NCBI GenBank assembly: GCA_030390025.1
Contig: CM059431.1
Location: forward strand, 96,722,001 to 96,786,000
DNA from: Squalus acanthias
Lineage: Eukaryota
Reading direction: 5' to 3'
DNA length: 64,000 nt
Positions 1-11,612 of this stretch are shown here, in pieces. Each line of letters begins with the position of its first letter. Positions within the stretch are counted from its first letter, which is position 1. The notes under the pieces are model-generated. The model searched no databases, had not been told where the DNA came from, and saw only the letters and a list, made by a program, of their open reading frames with translations. The translations under genes were made by a program, and so were the position numbers.

Positions 1-262
1 TGAGATGAGAAGAAATTTCTTCACACAGAGGGTGGTGAATCTTTGGAATTCTCTACCCCAGAGAGCTGTGGAGGCTCAGTCATTGGGTATATTCAAAACA
101 GAAGTCGATAAATTTCTGACAGGTAAAGGCATCAAGGGATATGACGATAGGGCTGGTGAATGGAGTTGAGGCAGAAGATCAGCCATGATCATATTGAATG
201 GCGGAGCAGGCTCAAAGGGCCGAATGGCCTACTCCTGCTCCTATTTCTTATGTTCTTATGTT
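1..262 (+). mobile_element. CR1 LINE 3' end fragment
   Basis: Encodes EMRRNFFTQRVVNLWNSLP-type ORF2 C-terminus; ends in GGCCGAATGGCCTACTCCTGCTCCTATTTCTTATGTTCTTATG tail shared with other CR1 copies in the window. Confidence 0.9.
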
Positions 263-1761
263 CTGCTCTGGCCGCCAGTCTTTCGTAGGAACACAAGTAG
301 GCTAGTCAGCCCCTCGAGCCTGTTCAGCCATTCAATGGGTTCATGGCTGATCTGTATCTTAACTCCATCCACCTGCCTTGACTCCATATCCCTTTATACC
401 CTTGTCTAACAACAATCTATTGCTCAGATTTAAAATTATTAACTGAGCTAGCATCTACTGCTTTTTGTGGGAGAGAATTCCACACTTCTACCCTAACCCA
501 AAGCCACAACCAGTTTTCCCATCCTGTTCAACCCAACCCAGGCCTACTGTCAAATGGGGCAAGAACTTCCTGCCACCCACAGCAAACATCAGGAGAAGGA
601 CATGTGCCGAGCAGGGATGGTGGATGCACAGTGTCTCGAGTTAGGAAAAAGCCAAGTGTTATGTGTGTCCCTTTCTGCAGGCCCATCTCCCCCAAGGCCA
701 CAACTTGACCTCAGAATGGGTACAGTCCCACCCAGTCCCCACCTGGCTCCAGGTACCACTACAACCTGGTGGCCAATGAGAAACCTCCAACTGCTGCCCC
801 CTGCGACATGAGCCTCCTATGACAGATGTGAACTTGCTGACTGGAAACTGCACCCAAGCACAATAACTGACCAGTTGTACAGGATCCACAGTGTAACCAT
901 CTCCAAGTATGTTGTACGAACCCTCAGTCAAGTCAAGGAAGCGCAATAGCGAACTTCCTGTTGCTGTCACAGCCTTGCCCCACAACAGAAATGGAGCAAG
1001 CATGTTCTCCAATTTCATTCTTGTTGCTGCAAGGAGCTGCCAAACTGCTAGACAGAAAGATTGGAGGCAAAGTCATGTTCAAGTTGCTGTCCTGTGATAA
1101 CCAGCTCCAAGCAGCTGCAGCAAAGACATGAACAAACAAAAGAAAACTGAAAATGCTGGCATTTTGTTTTTTGTAGCTTGTTATCTGTAACACTGCAGTC
1201 TTCAAAAGGTTTGCACAATGAAATCAATGTCAAAATTAGCAGTCAGCCAGCAAGAACAAACAGATAAACAGACTAATGCTGTCCGATTAAAGCTGCTTAT
1301 CTTAAGAGTATTAACTTCGCATTGATGGAAATGTCAGGTAAATTTTCACCATGAGTGAGATTTTTTGAGCAAAAAGACTGAGATTGCAAGCCAGTTCAAA
1401 GCAGAGTTGGTTTACTTAGTTAATAGTAAGACAGAAATAGTCGGTGGTTAACCAGACCAATAAGAAATGACAAGTCTTACACACTAGCTAGCAGCAAGAT
1501 TGTGTAGGCCCCTCATTTAATCTCGTCTGATCCTGCACTAGCAATTTGTAAATTATTACATCAGCACCAGATTGGCAGCACAGTCCCTATCAGCAGTCAG
1601 CAGCAGTAGATCCAACAGTGTAAAATGGTGCTTTTAATCTCCAGCTGCACATCAGTCTTGTTCCACATTATCACACACAAGTAAAGTGCACCTCTTGCTG
1701 GTACTCACAAGGAAAATGATTTATCTCATCTCTTTGTGCATTCAGAAATTATCGAATAATA

Positions 1762-2305
1762 TTGGTGTCAGTTTGGCTCAGTGGGTAGCACTCTCACCTG
1801 ACTCAGAAGGATGTGGATTCAAGCACCACGCCAGCCCCTGATCTAGACTGACAATCCCAGTGCAGTACTGAGCTGAACTGTCAGAGGGGCAATACTGAGG
1901 GAGCGCCGCACTGTCAGAGGGGCAGTACTGAGGGAGTGCTGCACTGTCAGAGGGGCAGTACTGAGGGAACGCCGCACTGTCGGAGGGGCAGTACTGAGGG
2001 AGCGCCGCACTGTCGGAGGGGCAGTACTGAGGGAGCGCCGCACTGTCGGAGGGGCAGTACTGAGAGAGTGCCGCACTGTCGGAGGGGCAGTACTGAGGGA
2101 GCGCCGCACTGTCGGAGGGGCAGTATTGAGGGAACTCCGCACTGTCAGAGGGGCAGTACTGAGGGAGTGCTGCACTGTCGGAGGGGCAGTACTGAGGGAG
2201 CGCTGCACTGTCGGAGGTGCCGTCTTTCAGATGAGACGTTAAACCAAAGCCTCGTCTGCCCTCTCAGGTGGATGTAAAATATCCCGCAGGACTATTTAAA
2301 GATGA
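1762..2305 (+). mobile_element. tRNA-derived Deu-domain SINE (SacSINE1/AmnSINE-like), 5' part; continues at 3409-3625 after a Penelope insertion
   Basis: A box TGGCTCAGTGG and B-box-like GGATTCAAGC; body matches the intact copies at 33515-33960 and 50630-51075. Confidence 0.75.
1862..2218 (+). repeat. 33-bp minisatellite, about 11 units (CACTGTCGGAGGGGCAGTACTGAGGGAGCGCCG), expanded inside the SINE
   Basis: CTGTC(A/G)GAGG recurs about every 33 nt from ~1878 to ~2208; explains the 11-aa periodic ORFs. Confidence 0.95.
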
Positions 2306-2390
2306 TGCGGAGATGCCGGTGTTGGACTGGGGTGGACAAAAGTGAGAAGTCACACAACACCAGGTTATAGTCCAACAGTTTTATTTGAAA

Positions 2391-2427
2391 TCACGAGCTT
2401 TCGGAACGCTGCTCCTTCATCAGGTAA
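2391..2427 (-). ncRNA. minimal type I hammerhead ribozyme (Penelope pLTR)
   Basis: Minus strand reads UUAC-CUGAUGA-A-GGAGCAGCGUUCC-GAAA-GCUC-GUGA. Confidence 0.75.
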
Positions 2428-3319
2428 AGTGAGGGAATACAAATCAGATACAAAGCATATATAGACAGAGAACAATGTGTTTCTGACTGCCCTCCATCAC
2501 ACCTCGGCAGAGATACAATCAGTCAGGAAGGCATTACATCAAAGACACAGCAAAATACAGCTAAGACAATGAGGTGGGGTCACAGGGGGTCCAACGTGTC
2601 AAATGCTGCAGTCTGCAGTTAAGCTTTTTACTTTTTTTAAAACTGGAAATCACATCTGTGAACAAGACAACGACGACTGGAGTCTGGATGACTCTACGTC
2701 ATGTAGCATGACATGAAACCAAGATCCCGGTTGAGGCCATCCTCATGGGTGCGGAACTTGGCTATCGGTTTCTGCTTGATGATTTTGCGTTGTTGTGTGT
2801 CTCGAAGGCCGCCTTGGAGAGCGCTTACCCGCAGATCCGAGGCTGAATGTCCTTGACTGCTGAAGTGTTCCCCGACTGGGAGGTAACAATCCTGCCTGGC
2901 GATTGTTGCGCAGTGTCCGTTCATACGTTGTCTCAGTGTCTGCATGGTCACACGACAACGCAAAATCATCGAGCAGAAACTGATAGCCAAGTTCCGCACC
3001 CACGAGGACGGCCTCAACCGGGATCTTGGTTTCATGTCACGCTACATGGCGTAGTCATCCAGACTCGAGTCGTCGTTGTCTTGTTCACAGATGTGATTTC
3101 CAGTTTTTAAAAAAAGTAAAAAGCTTAACTGCAGACTGCAGCATTTGACACGTTGGACCCCCTGTGACCCCACCTCATTGTCTTAGCTGTATTTTACTGT
3201 GTCTTTGATGTAATGCCTTCCTGACTGATTGTATCTCTGCCGAGGTGTGATGGAGGGCAGTCAGAAACACATTGTTCTCTGTCTATATATGCTTTGTATC
3301 TGATTTGTATTCCCTCACT

Positions 3320-3356
3320 TTACCTGACGAAGGAGCAGCGCTCCGAAAGCTCGTGA
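3320..3356 (+). ncRNA. minimal type I hammerhead ribozyme (Penelope pLTR)
   Basis: UUAC-CUGACGA-A-GGAGC AGC GCUCC-GAAA-GCUC-GUGA: core, stem II, palindromic AGCU stem III, stem I. Confidence 0.8.
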
Positions 3357-3408
3357 TTTCAAATAAAACTGTTGGACTATAACCTGGTGTTGTGCGACTT
3401 CTCATTTT

Positions 3409-3625
3409 TATTTAAAGATGAGCAGTGGATTTCTCCTGTTTATCTTGGTCAACATTTATCCCTCTACCAACATCTCGCTGCTGTTTTTTGGGATCTTGCT
3501 GTGTGCAAAGTGAATGCTACATTTTCTTACAAAAAAGATAGCGTGCGCTTCAATTAATTGGCTGCTCATCGCTTTGGGACATCCTGAGGATGTGAAAGAT
3601 GCTGAATAAAAGCAAGTTCATCCTT
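3409..3625 (+). mobile_element. Deu-domain SINE 3' part
   Basis: GGGATCTTGCTGTGTGCAAA...CGCTTTGGGACATCCTGAGGATGTGAAAG, matching the 3' half of other SINE copies. Confidence 0.75.
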
Positions 3626-4259
3626 TCTCAGAAAGGACCATTTCTCCCTGATATAATGATCATATAAAATACCATTGGCAACCAAAAAGCTAGTCTGTGT
3701 TTCCCTTACACAAAACACAGTGCAGGGTTTTAAGCACAGAATCTGTTTACTTTGCCAGCTGCAATACAACTTTTCAGCTGTCACTTATTTCAAAAAGATA
3801 TAAATTATGGTATCTGCTGGTGACGGACTAAAGGATGTGTTGCAGGGAGTTCTGGAATTATGCACCAATAGCATTCATTGCACATTTTGGAAAGAGGTTA
3901 CTGTAGATTTTCTTTATTCAAAGTTACTTTATTACTGAGTTTTAGCCACTAACCCCACCAATAACTTCTTACAGACATCGCCTCCTTTTCAACTCTCACT
4001 TCATCAGATCGCTGCACACATTCAGATTAAAAAGGGGAAGTTCACAGTAGGAATTCCTGCAGTTTCTCACACTGCTGACCGACAGAATCCACACATTCTG
4101 TGGGAAAGTTGATCAGAATGGAAAATGGACAGGCAAAAACTCCTTTCAGAGAAGTTGATTATTGTTTAATATACAATTTGTGTCACATTTACTGGGGCAG
4201 AACAGGAGGCTCCGAGAGTGCGGCAACTCATTGGTGTGGGAAAGACTGACTATGAAATA

Positions 4260-4353
4260 TACACTTCACCTGAGGAAGGGGTGTAAGCTCCGAAAGCTTG
4301 TGATTTCAAATAAAACTGTTGGACTATAACCTGGTGTTGTGCGACTTCTCATT
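4260..4353 (+). mobile_element. solo Penelope pLTR fragment containing a hammerhead (4265-4303)
   Basis: UCAC-CUGAGGA-AGGGG..CUCC-GAAA-GCUU-GUGA followed by the pLTR end; flanked by TATGAAATA at 4251-4259 and 4354-4362. Confidence 0.8.
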
Positions 4354-4719
4354 TATGAAATAAGATTATTCACTCAATATTGACCAACAGTCACTAACAT
4401 GAGGTGAGATTCTTCACTGCTTTTCATCCAAGGCTCAATTTACAAAAAAACAGAATCCTACCAATTCACAAGCTTTAAAGGATCACCAATAATTACAAGA
4501 TTGCGCAGGAATATTTTCTTTCCAACGCCCTTATCAAAAACTACACACAAGACTCGACGAAGCTGTGCCTTGTGCAAAGTGTAAACAACAAGCCGTTGGC
4601 ACCGAGCCAGTTGCCCCATTTCACACCTTTCACAGTCGCCCAGAGACGCGGGCAGGAACATCGCTAAATCACCTCAGCCTCTCAACAAGTTTCAACACGG
4701 GAAGAAGTTCAACGAGAAA

Positions 4720-5420
4720 ACAATCCTGGAAATGCACAACAGGTCGGCGACTTTAGCAAAGAACCTTCCCGCAGTCCCACTCGCCGCTCCGGGAGTCGGT
4801 CCGACCCGCTGCACCGCTCCCTGGAGCTCCGACACCGGGAATGACCACAAACTGGAGCCGAGGCGGAATGTGGGAAAGTTGGAGGCGGATTCGAGCAGGA
4901 ATGGCTCTGGAGATCGAGACTGGGCTGGCAAACGCGGCGCCGGTCCCCGGTGGGTGATTCCCGGTTCCCGGTGCCGGTCCGACCTCCCCCCGCGGGTTGG
5001 GGTTTCACGGGCGGGGACTCACTCGCTGTCCCTCCGGCGAAGGTCACTCACCCAGCGGCGGATCGCGGTCCGGAGCCCGCTCCAGTCCATCGCCGCTCCG
5101 GCTCCCGGTGCGCAGCACTCGGCTCTAATCCGCTGCCACACGGCGCATGTTCCGGCTCCGCCCGCCTGGCTCTGCCCCGCGGCCTGAAGCGAACCAGCGG
5201 CTGCCGCCTGGCCGGAGTCCCGGAGCCCCGGAGTGGGGCAGCACCGGCGCAACAGGCGGGCAGTAGCGGCGCAGCAGACAGACGCTGAATGATTCGCGGC
5301 GAAAGTCTCTGGGAATCTTGAAACAAAATCTAATGGGAGGGCGGATCTTCAGCCTCTAGTTAATATTAATATTTAATATTAGCAGCGCTGCCCTCTCGCT
5401 GTTTGCAGCCAATCAAAGGA
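4720..5420 (-). promoter_or_regulatory. CpG island / ATP11A promoter and first exon region
   Basis: Dense CpG and GC content around exon 1; GGGCGG near 5339 and CCAAT near 5409. Confidence 0.7.
5052..5090 (-). CDS. ATP11A: P4-ATPase phospholipid flippase ATP11A, coding exon 1 (MDWSGLRTAIRRW)
   Basis: ATG in GCGGCGATGG context, 39 nt, then GTGAGT donor. Resembles human ATP11A N-terminus MDCSLVRTLVHRY, and ATP11A is head-to-head with TUBGCP3 in human (recalled). Confidence 0.8.
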
Positions 5421-5589
5421 CTTGCTGTCTCAGAAGGGCAAGACTGATGTCACACATGTTTTGGGCCAGCATTTACTGCAGAGTTGCACCTGTTTACAGC
5501 ACAGGAACAGGCCATTCGGCCCTACTGGTCCGTGCTGGTGTTTCTGCTCCACACCAGCCTCCTCTCACCCCTCTTCCTTTCACCCTATC

Positions 5590-5793
5590 GTGCGGAGATG
5601 CCGGCGTTGGACTGGGGTGGACAAAAGTGAGAAGTCGCACAACACCAGGCTATAGTCCAACAGTTTTATTTGAAATCACAAGCTTTCGGAGCTGCTGCCC
5701 CTTCACCTGACGAAGGGGCAGCAGCTCCGAAAGCTTGTGATTTCAAATAAAACTGTTGGACTATAACCTGGTGTTGTGCGACTTCTCACTTTT
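5590..5793. mobile_element. Penelope pLTR-only fold-back insertion with hammerhead (5703-5740, +)
   Basis: ~80-bp near-perfect inverted arms; 12-bp TSD TTTCACCCTATC at 5578-5589 and 5794-5805; inserted in a CR1-type 3' fragment. Confidence 0.9.
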
Positions 5794-7044
5794 TTTCACC
5801 CTATCAGCATATCCTTCTATTCCTTTCTCCCTCATGTGCTTATCTCGCTTCCCCTGTCGCCGGCATTGGAATAATATTGGTGTCAGTTTGGCTCAGTGGA
5901 TAGCACTGTTTAATTTCCGTACAGCTTTGCACTGGAACTTGCTGTCAGTGGGAGACAGAAACAGTGCAACGCCCTCTACAGGGCAAGCAACCGAGTCTCT
6001 CCTTAACCAATCAGATTGAAGAATCATTAACGAGCAGCGCAATCTGAACCAGGAAGTGTTGGAATCGTGAATTCAATGTCAAATCAGGCACAGAAAGCAA
6101 AGTAAAGAAAGATGGGATTTAGAGAGATTAAAGAGGCAGGAATTTTTTTAAATAAAAATATTCCTTTTTTATTTTTTGAAATCTCCAACAATAATTAAAA
6201 TCTGTAACATTCACTGTTCTATATCAGATATTCTCTCATGTTTAAGCATTACCATTCAATCTTATAAGTGGACTTTGTGTCCGCTATGACCCGGAGTGCG
6301 CCTTTACACCTTTACTTCCCAATGTCTAGTAAACGATAGCATGACCTTGGGATCGCAACATAGGCCTCTGCTGCATGTACTGGATACTATGATCACACAT
6401 GTACCACCACTTGTTCTCTCCTGTCTTTACAGAAGTTGGACTAAAAAGCACACTCGTGAGATGAGGTATTATAAACCAACAAACTGATTTAAAATGAAAT
6501 ATATATTCAGTGTGAGTTTCAATTCCCTACTACTCTTCATTCCATAAAAAGAAATCAAATATGCAACTCTACCGCTGCTCTTACCAAAACTCATTTTCAA
6601 GCTAACTGCTACTGTCTTTAGGGTAGAAAGAGTGTGGATTCACATCACTGCTATTTTAGAGCCTTTATGTGTCTCTGACTGATTCACACTGACCCTCTTT
6701 CTCTCTACAGCAACACTAATTGCTGTAAACCAAAACATTCTCTCTCCGGGATGTTTACAGTGTTGTTATTGTGGTTTTTTAAAATTTCAGCCAATCAAAA
6801 AGTATGACACCAGGACGTGTTACCACATCATAATGCAGAATTTGTGATTCCAAAGCACCATGGACAGGAATTATTGTACTATTTTTTAATATATGAACAG
6901 TGAATCTCCAGTAGTATTGATCATGGAAAGTTGTTAGACTCTGGGGCAGAGCTTTGTCTTCATTCCCTGGGCTGTAATCTGATGAGTGGATTGGCTGTCT
7001 GTAATAGAACCTGCATGATTTTGAAGGAATGAGCGGTCGCACAA

Positions 7045-7242
7045 CTTAGAGGGAACGTTGCTCTCCACCTCTTTCTGTTTAAGATGCTCCTTAAAAACCT
7101 ACCTCTTTGACCAAGCTTTTGGTCACCTGTCCTAATATCTCCTTATGGGGCTCAGTGTCAAATTTTGTCTGATAAACGCTCCTGTGAAGCGCCTTGGGAC
7201 GTTTTACTATGTTAAAGGCGCTGTGTAAATGCAAGTTGTTGT
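7045..7242 (+). mobile_element. L2 LINE 3' end fragment
   Basis: GTGAAGCGCCTTGGGACGTTTTACTATGTTAAAGGCGCT...GCAAGTTGTTG tail; reverse complement of the L2 end at 10442. Confidence 0.75.
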
Positions 7243-7599
7243 GGGTGGGAACCTGGTTCTTTGGGGATTCTTGCCCGTTTGCTGCGGCCTTTTAAATTCA
7301 GTGGACTGGGGACGGCGGGGGAGGGGATTAATGGACAGATCTTCTGCCCTGCTCCCCCACTAAATCAAGGAAGCATGTTGGGCGGCGGGGGTTCTCAGGC
7401 TTCCTGGGTATCCCATCAATTACTACATCAGTAACTCACCAGCAGGGAGCTGCTGTGAGTCCCACAGGAATCTTTGAAGCAGTCACAAACTTTCATTAAA
7501 GAAAGGGAATCGGTCCCGGAGTGGATCCACCGCTTCACTCTGAGACAATGCACTGGGAGTAAAGATTGCTTTTCTGATTTTTTTTCTTCTCCAAAAAAT

Positions 7600-9225
7600 G
7601 GCCTGTGGGCAGGGGCTTTGGCCTGTGGGCTGGGTGTGTGCTCTGGGCAGGGCTTTGGGCTCTGGGCAGAGCTTGGATGGTGGGCGGGGTTTGGGCTGTG
7701 GGTGGGGTAACATAAGAACATAAGAAATAGGAGCAGGAGTAGGCCATTTGGCCCTTCGAGCCTGCTCCGCCATTCAATAAGATCATGGCTGATCTGATCT
7801 TGGCCTCAACTCCACTTTTCCGCCCGCTCCCCATAACCCTTGACTCCCCTGTAGCTCAAATGTCTATCTCTGCCTTGAATATATTCAATGACTCTGCCTC
7901 CACAGCTCTCTGGGGTAGAGAATTCCAAAGATTCATGACCCTCTGAGAGAAAAAATTCCTCCTCATCTCCGTTTTAAATGGGCGACCCCTTATTCTGAAA
8001 CTATGCCCCCTAGTTCTAGATTCCCCCACAAGGGGAAACATCCTCCCTGCATCTACCCTGTCAAGCCCCCTCAGAATCTTATATGTTTCAATAAGATCAC
8101 CTCTCATTCTTCTAAACTCCAATGAGTATGGCCCAACCTGCTCAAACTTTCTTCATAAGACAACCACTTCATCTCAGGAATCAACCTAGTGAACCTTCTC
8201 TGAACTGCCTCCAATGCAAGTATTTCCCTCCTTAAATAAGGACAGCAAAATTGCACGCAGTACTCCAGGTGTGATCTCACCAGCGCCCTGTACAATTGTA
8301 GCAAGACTTCCCTACTTTTATACTCCATCCCCCTTGCAATAAGGGCCAACATTCCATTTGCCTTCCTAATTACTTGCTGTACCTGCATGCTAACTTTTTG
8401 TGTTTCATGTACGAGGACCCCCAGATCCCTCTGTACCGCAGCATTTTGTAGTCTCCCTACATTTAAATAATAATTTGCTTTTTTATTCTTCCTACCAAAG
8501 TGGATAACCTCACATTTTCCCACATTATACTCCATCTGCCAAATTTTGACCCACTCACTTAACCTATCTATATCCCTTTGCAGACTCTTCGTGTCCTCCT
8601 CACAACTTGCTTTCCCACCTATCTTTGTATCATCAGCAAATTTGGCTACAGTACACTCTGTCCCTTCATCCAAGTCATTAATATAGATTGTAAATAGTTG
8701 TGGCCCCAGCACTGATCCCTGTGGCACTCCACTAGTTACAGTTTGCCAACCTGAAAATGACCCATTTACCCTGACTCTGTTTCCTGTTAGTTAGCCAATC
8801 CTCTATCCATGCTAATATATTACCCCCAACCCTATGAGCTCTTATCTTGTGCAGTAACCTTTTATGTGGCACCTTATTGAATGCCTTCTGGAAATCCAAA
8901 TACACTACATCTACTGGTTCTCCTTTATCCACCCTGCTCGTTACATCCTCAACGAACTCGAGTAAATTTGTCAAACACGTGTGTGCTGTGGGCGGGATTT
9001 GGGTGGTGGGCGGGGCTTGGGCAGTGGACGGGGTGTGTGCTGTGGGCAGGGCTTGGGCGGTGGGCAGGACTTGGGCAGGGGGTGTGCTGTGAGCAGGGCT
9101 TGGGCGGTGGGCGGGGTTTGTGCAGTGTGTGGGGTGTGTGCTGTGGGCAGGGCTTGGGCGGTGGGCTTGGGCAGTGGGTGGGACTTGGGCAGGGCATGTG
9201 CTGTGGGCGGGGATTGGGGCAGGCG
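7600..9225 (+). repeat. G-rich degenerate minisatellite (TGTGCTGTGGGC[A/G]GGGCTTGGGC), split by a CR1 insertion at 7707-8977
   Basis: Same motif on both sides of the CR1 (7600-7706 and 8978-9225). Confidence 0.8.
7707..8977 (-). mobile_element. CR1 LINE, 5'-truncated (RT domain)
   Basis: ORFs with [24 protein letters not shown] and FADD motifs; CR1 3' tail. Confidence 0.95.
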
Positions 9226-10441
9226 GCCCTGATGGACCCTTGCGGGTGCAATGTGCCCCTGGCTGTGTAAATGATTCCATCCCCGGGGCATCTCCAGCTG
9301 GGGCAGGAGGTTCAATTCTGCCGATCTCTTGGGGCCACCAGTTTATTCAGCACAATCACTGTCCCAGTGTCGCACAATCTCCAGCACGGTTGTTGTTAGG
9401 ATGGTAAAGACCAGGACACCAACCACCTTACACCACTGATACTGAAGTGGAGACTGACTTTTATTGGTTTCCTTTGGGTGTGGCAGGTTTCATAAATAAA
9501 TAGTCAGCTGCATGAACTCTTGATTTTATTCATTTATTGCAGAGTGAGATTTTGAAAGTTGTAAAACAGCAGCCTCTTAAAGTTCACAGGTTTTAAACTG
9601 AGGTAGAACATTGTAGGAAAATTGGAAGCAAATCAAACAACATAGAATAGGGTTAAAAGTCAAATTCCTTTGAATTTGGGAATTCTTAAAAAGACAATAA
9701 TTTTTATGGTTTAAACACTGAAAGCCTAATTTACCAGCGCAATCAGTCGGCCAGCCTGCCCTGTGTTTATGAACACCGTAATAAAAGCATCGAACCAAGG
9801 AGACTCCTCGCTGAAAACATAACTTGGTTCAATTCCCAAGAAAGCTTTTGAAAAACAAATCAGACTTTCCCTTGGTTTTCAATCACTAATCCTTTATAAG
9901 GAAAGCCTTCCTGTAAGAGCATGCTATGAATGGCCTTTATGTCCGTGGGGCTGCTTGAGATTAGACGATCAGACACCAAAACAATTTCAATAAATGTAGC
10001 AAGGTCCTAAATGTGTTTTGAAACAGAATCCTAGGTAAATCATTTCCTTTGGATCCTTTTACCCGAGATTCAGAATGACAAAGACTGAGGACATTCGGTC
10101 AGCGAGAGAAAGATTAAAGAAGATAACAAACTTAGAGCCGACCATTTTAGCAACAGAACGAATTTGAGCAGGAAGACAAGCTCAAAGTGAAAATTGTGAC
10201 CAATTAGTTTGGTAACGGTTAAGATGAAACAGAAAATGATGCCTGTCGAACTAAAACCAGGAAGAGAGGATTCCCTAAAAGCATTTCAACAGAGGGACAG
10301 CACCAGATTGGCACAGAAGAGGATTCAATGCTGACCTTTTGGTCTGACCATTTCTGTCATAAGCCTTTTTACTAAAACTGATACTATTTACTAATCTGTC
10401 TATTCAATGAGACTTTAATCAGAGGCACCATCTGCCTGCTC

Positions 10442-11366
10442 AACAACAACAACAACTTGTATTTATATAGCGCCTTTAACGTAGTAAAACGTCCCAAGGC
10501 GCTTCACAAGAGTATTATAAGACAAAAAATTTGACACCGAGCCACATAAGGAGTTATTAGGGCAGAGGTAGGTTTTAAGGAGTGTCTTAAAGGAGGAAAG
10601 AGAGGTAGAGGCGAAGAGGTTTAGGCAGGGAATTCCATGGTTTAGGGCATAGGCAACAGAAGACACGGCCACCAATGGTTGAGCGATTATAATCAGGGAT
10701 GCTCAAGAGGGCAGAATTAGAGGAACGCAGATATCTCTGGGGGTTGTGGGGCTGGAGGACATTACAGAGATAGGGAGGGGCGGGATTTGAAAACAAGGAT
10801 GAGAATTTTGAAATTGAGGCGTTGCTTAACCAGGAGCCAATGTAGGTCAGCGAGCACAGGGGTGATGGGTGAAGGGGACTTGGTGCGAGTTAGGACACGG
10901 GCAGCAGAGTTTTGGATGACCTCAAGTTTACGTAGGGTAGAATGTGGGAGGCCAGCCAGGAGTACATTGGAATAGTCAAGTCTAGAGGTAACAAAAGGTA
11001 TGGATGAGGGTTTCAGCAGCGGATGAGCTGAGGCAAGGGTGGAGACGGGCGATGTTACAGAGGTGGAAATAGGCGGTCTTAGTTATGCTGCGGATATGTG
11101 GTCGGAAGCTCATTTCAGGGTCAAAATTGACACCAAGGTTGCGAACAGTCTGGTTCAGCCTCAAACAGATGCTAGGGAGAGGGATGGAGTCAGTGGCTAG
11201 GGAACGGAGTTTCTGGCAGGAACCGAAAACAATGGCTTCAGTCTTCCCAATATTTAATTGGAGAAAATTTCTGCTCATCCAGAACTGGATATCTGACAAT
11301 TTAGAGGCCATGGAGGGGCCGAGAGAAGTGGTGGTGAGGTAGAGCTGGGTGTCATCAGCATACATG
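10442..11366 (-). mobile_element. L2 LINE 3' fragment
   Basis: MYADDTQLY...WMSRNFLQLNIGKTEAIVFG (L2-type RT); (TTG)n tail. Confidence 0.9.
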
Positions 11367-11612
11367 TGCTCAGGTGGTTGTAAAAGATCCCATGATCTTA
11401 TTTGCTATATAATTGCAAGTTTGTTGTTGTTATGCACTGTTATAGTATTACATGGTTACATGGCATTTACAGCACAGAAACAGGCCATTTGGCCCAACAG
11501 GTCCATGCCGGTGTTTCTGCTCCACATAAGCATCTGCCCACCCTTCCCCATCTAACCCCATCAACATATCAACAACAACTTGTATTTATATAGCGCCTTT
11601 AACATAGTAAAA

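Larger units (their letters stand above)
2306..3408 (-). mobile_element. Penelope-like element, 5'-truncated with inverted pLTR (arms ~2342-2798 and ~2949-3404)
   Basis: Minus-strand ORF resembles a GIY-YIG endonuclease C-terminus (TLRQRMNGH...PVGEHF...KFRTHEDGLNRD); 13-bp TSD TATTTAAAGATGA at 2293-2305 and 3409-3421. Confidence 0.9.

Noticed and set aside
1862..2218. CRISPR-like regular repeats and repetitive ORFs
   Set aside because: No unique spacers; head-to-tail tandem repeat inside a SINE in a vertebrate genome
4692..5326. Multiple overlapping ORFs in the CpG island
   Set aside because: Explained by GC content; only the 39-nt exon has Kozak, donor and homology support
7010..7040. Possible hAT-like terminal repeat (CTTAGAGGGAACGTTG)
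   Set aside because: No matching opposite TIR or TSD could be located by eye
8732..9315. Pro/His/Thr-rich ORFs fused to RT
   Set aside because: Read-through from the minisatellite into a truncated CR1
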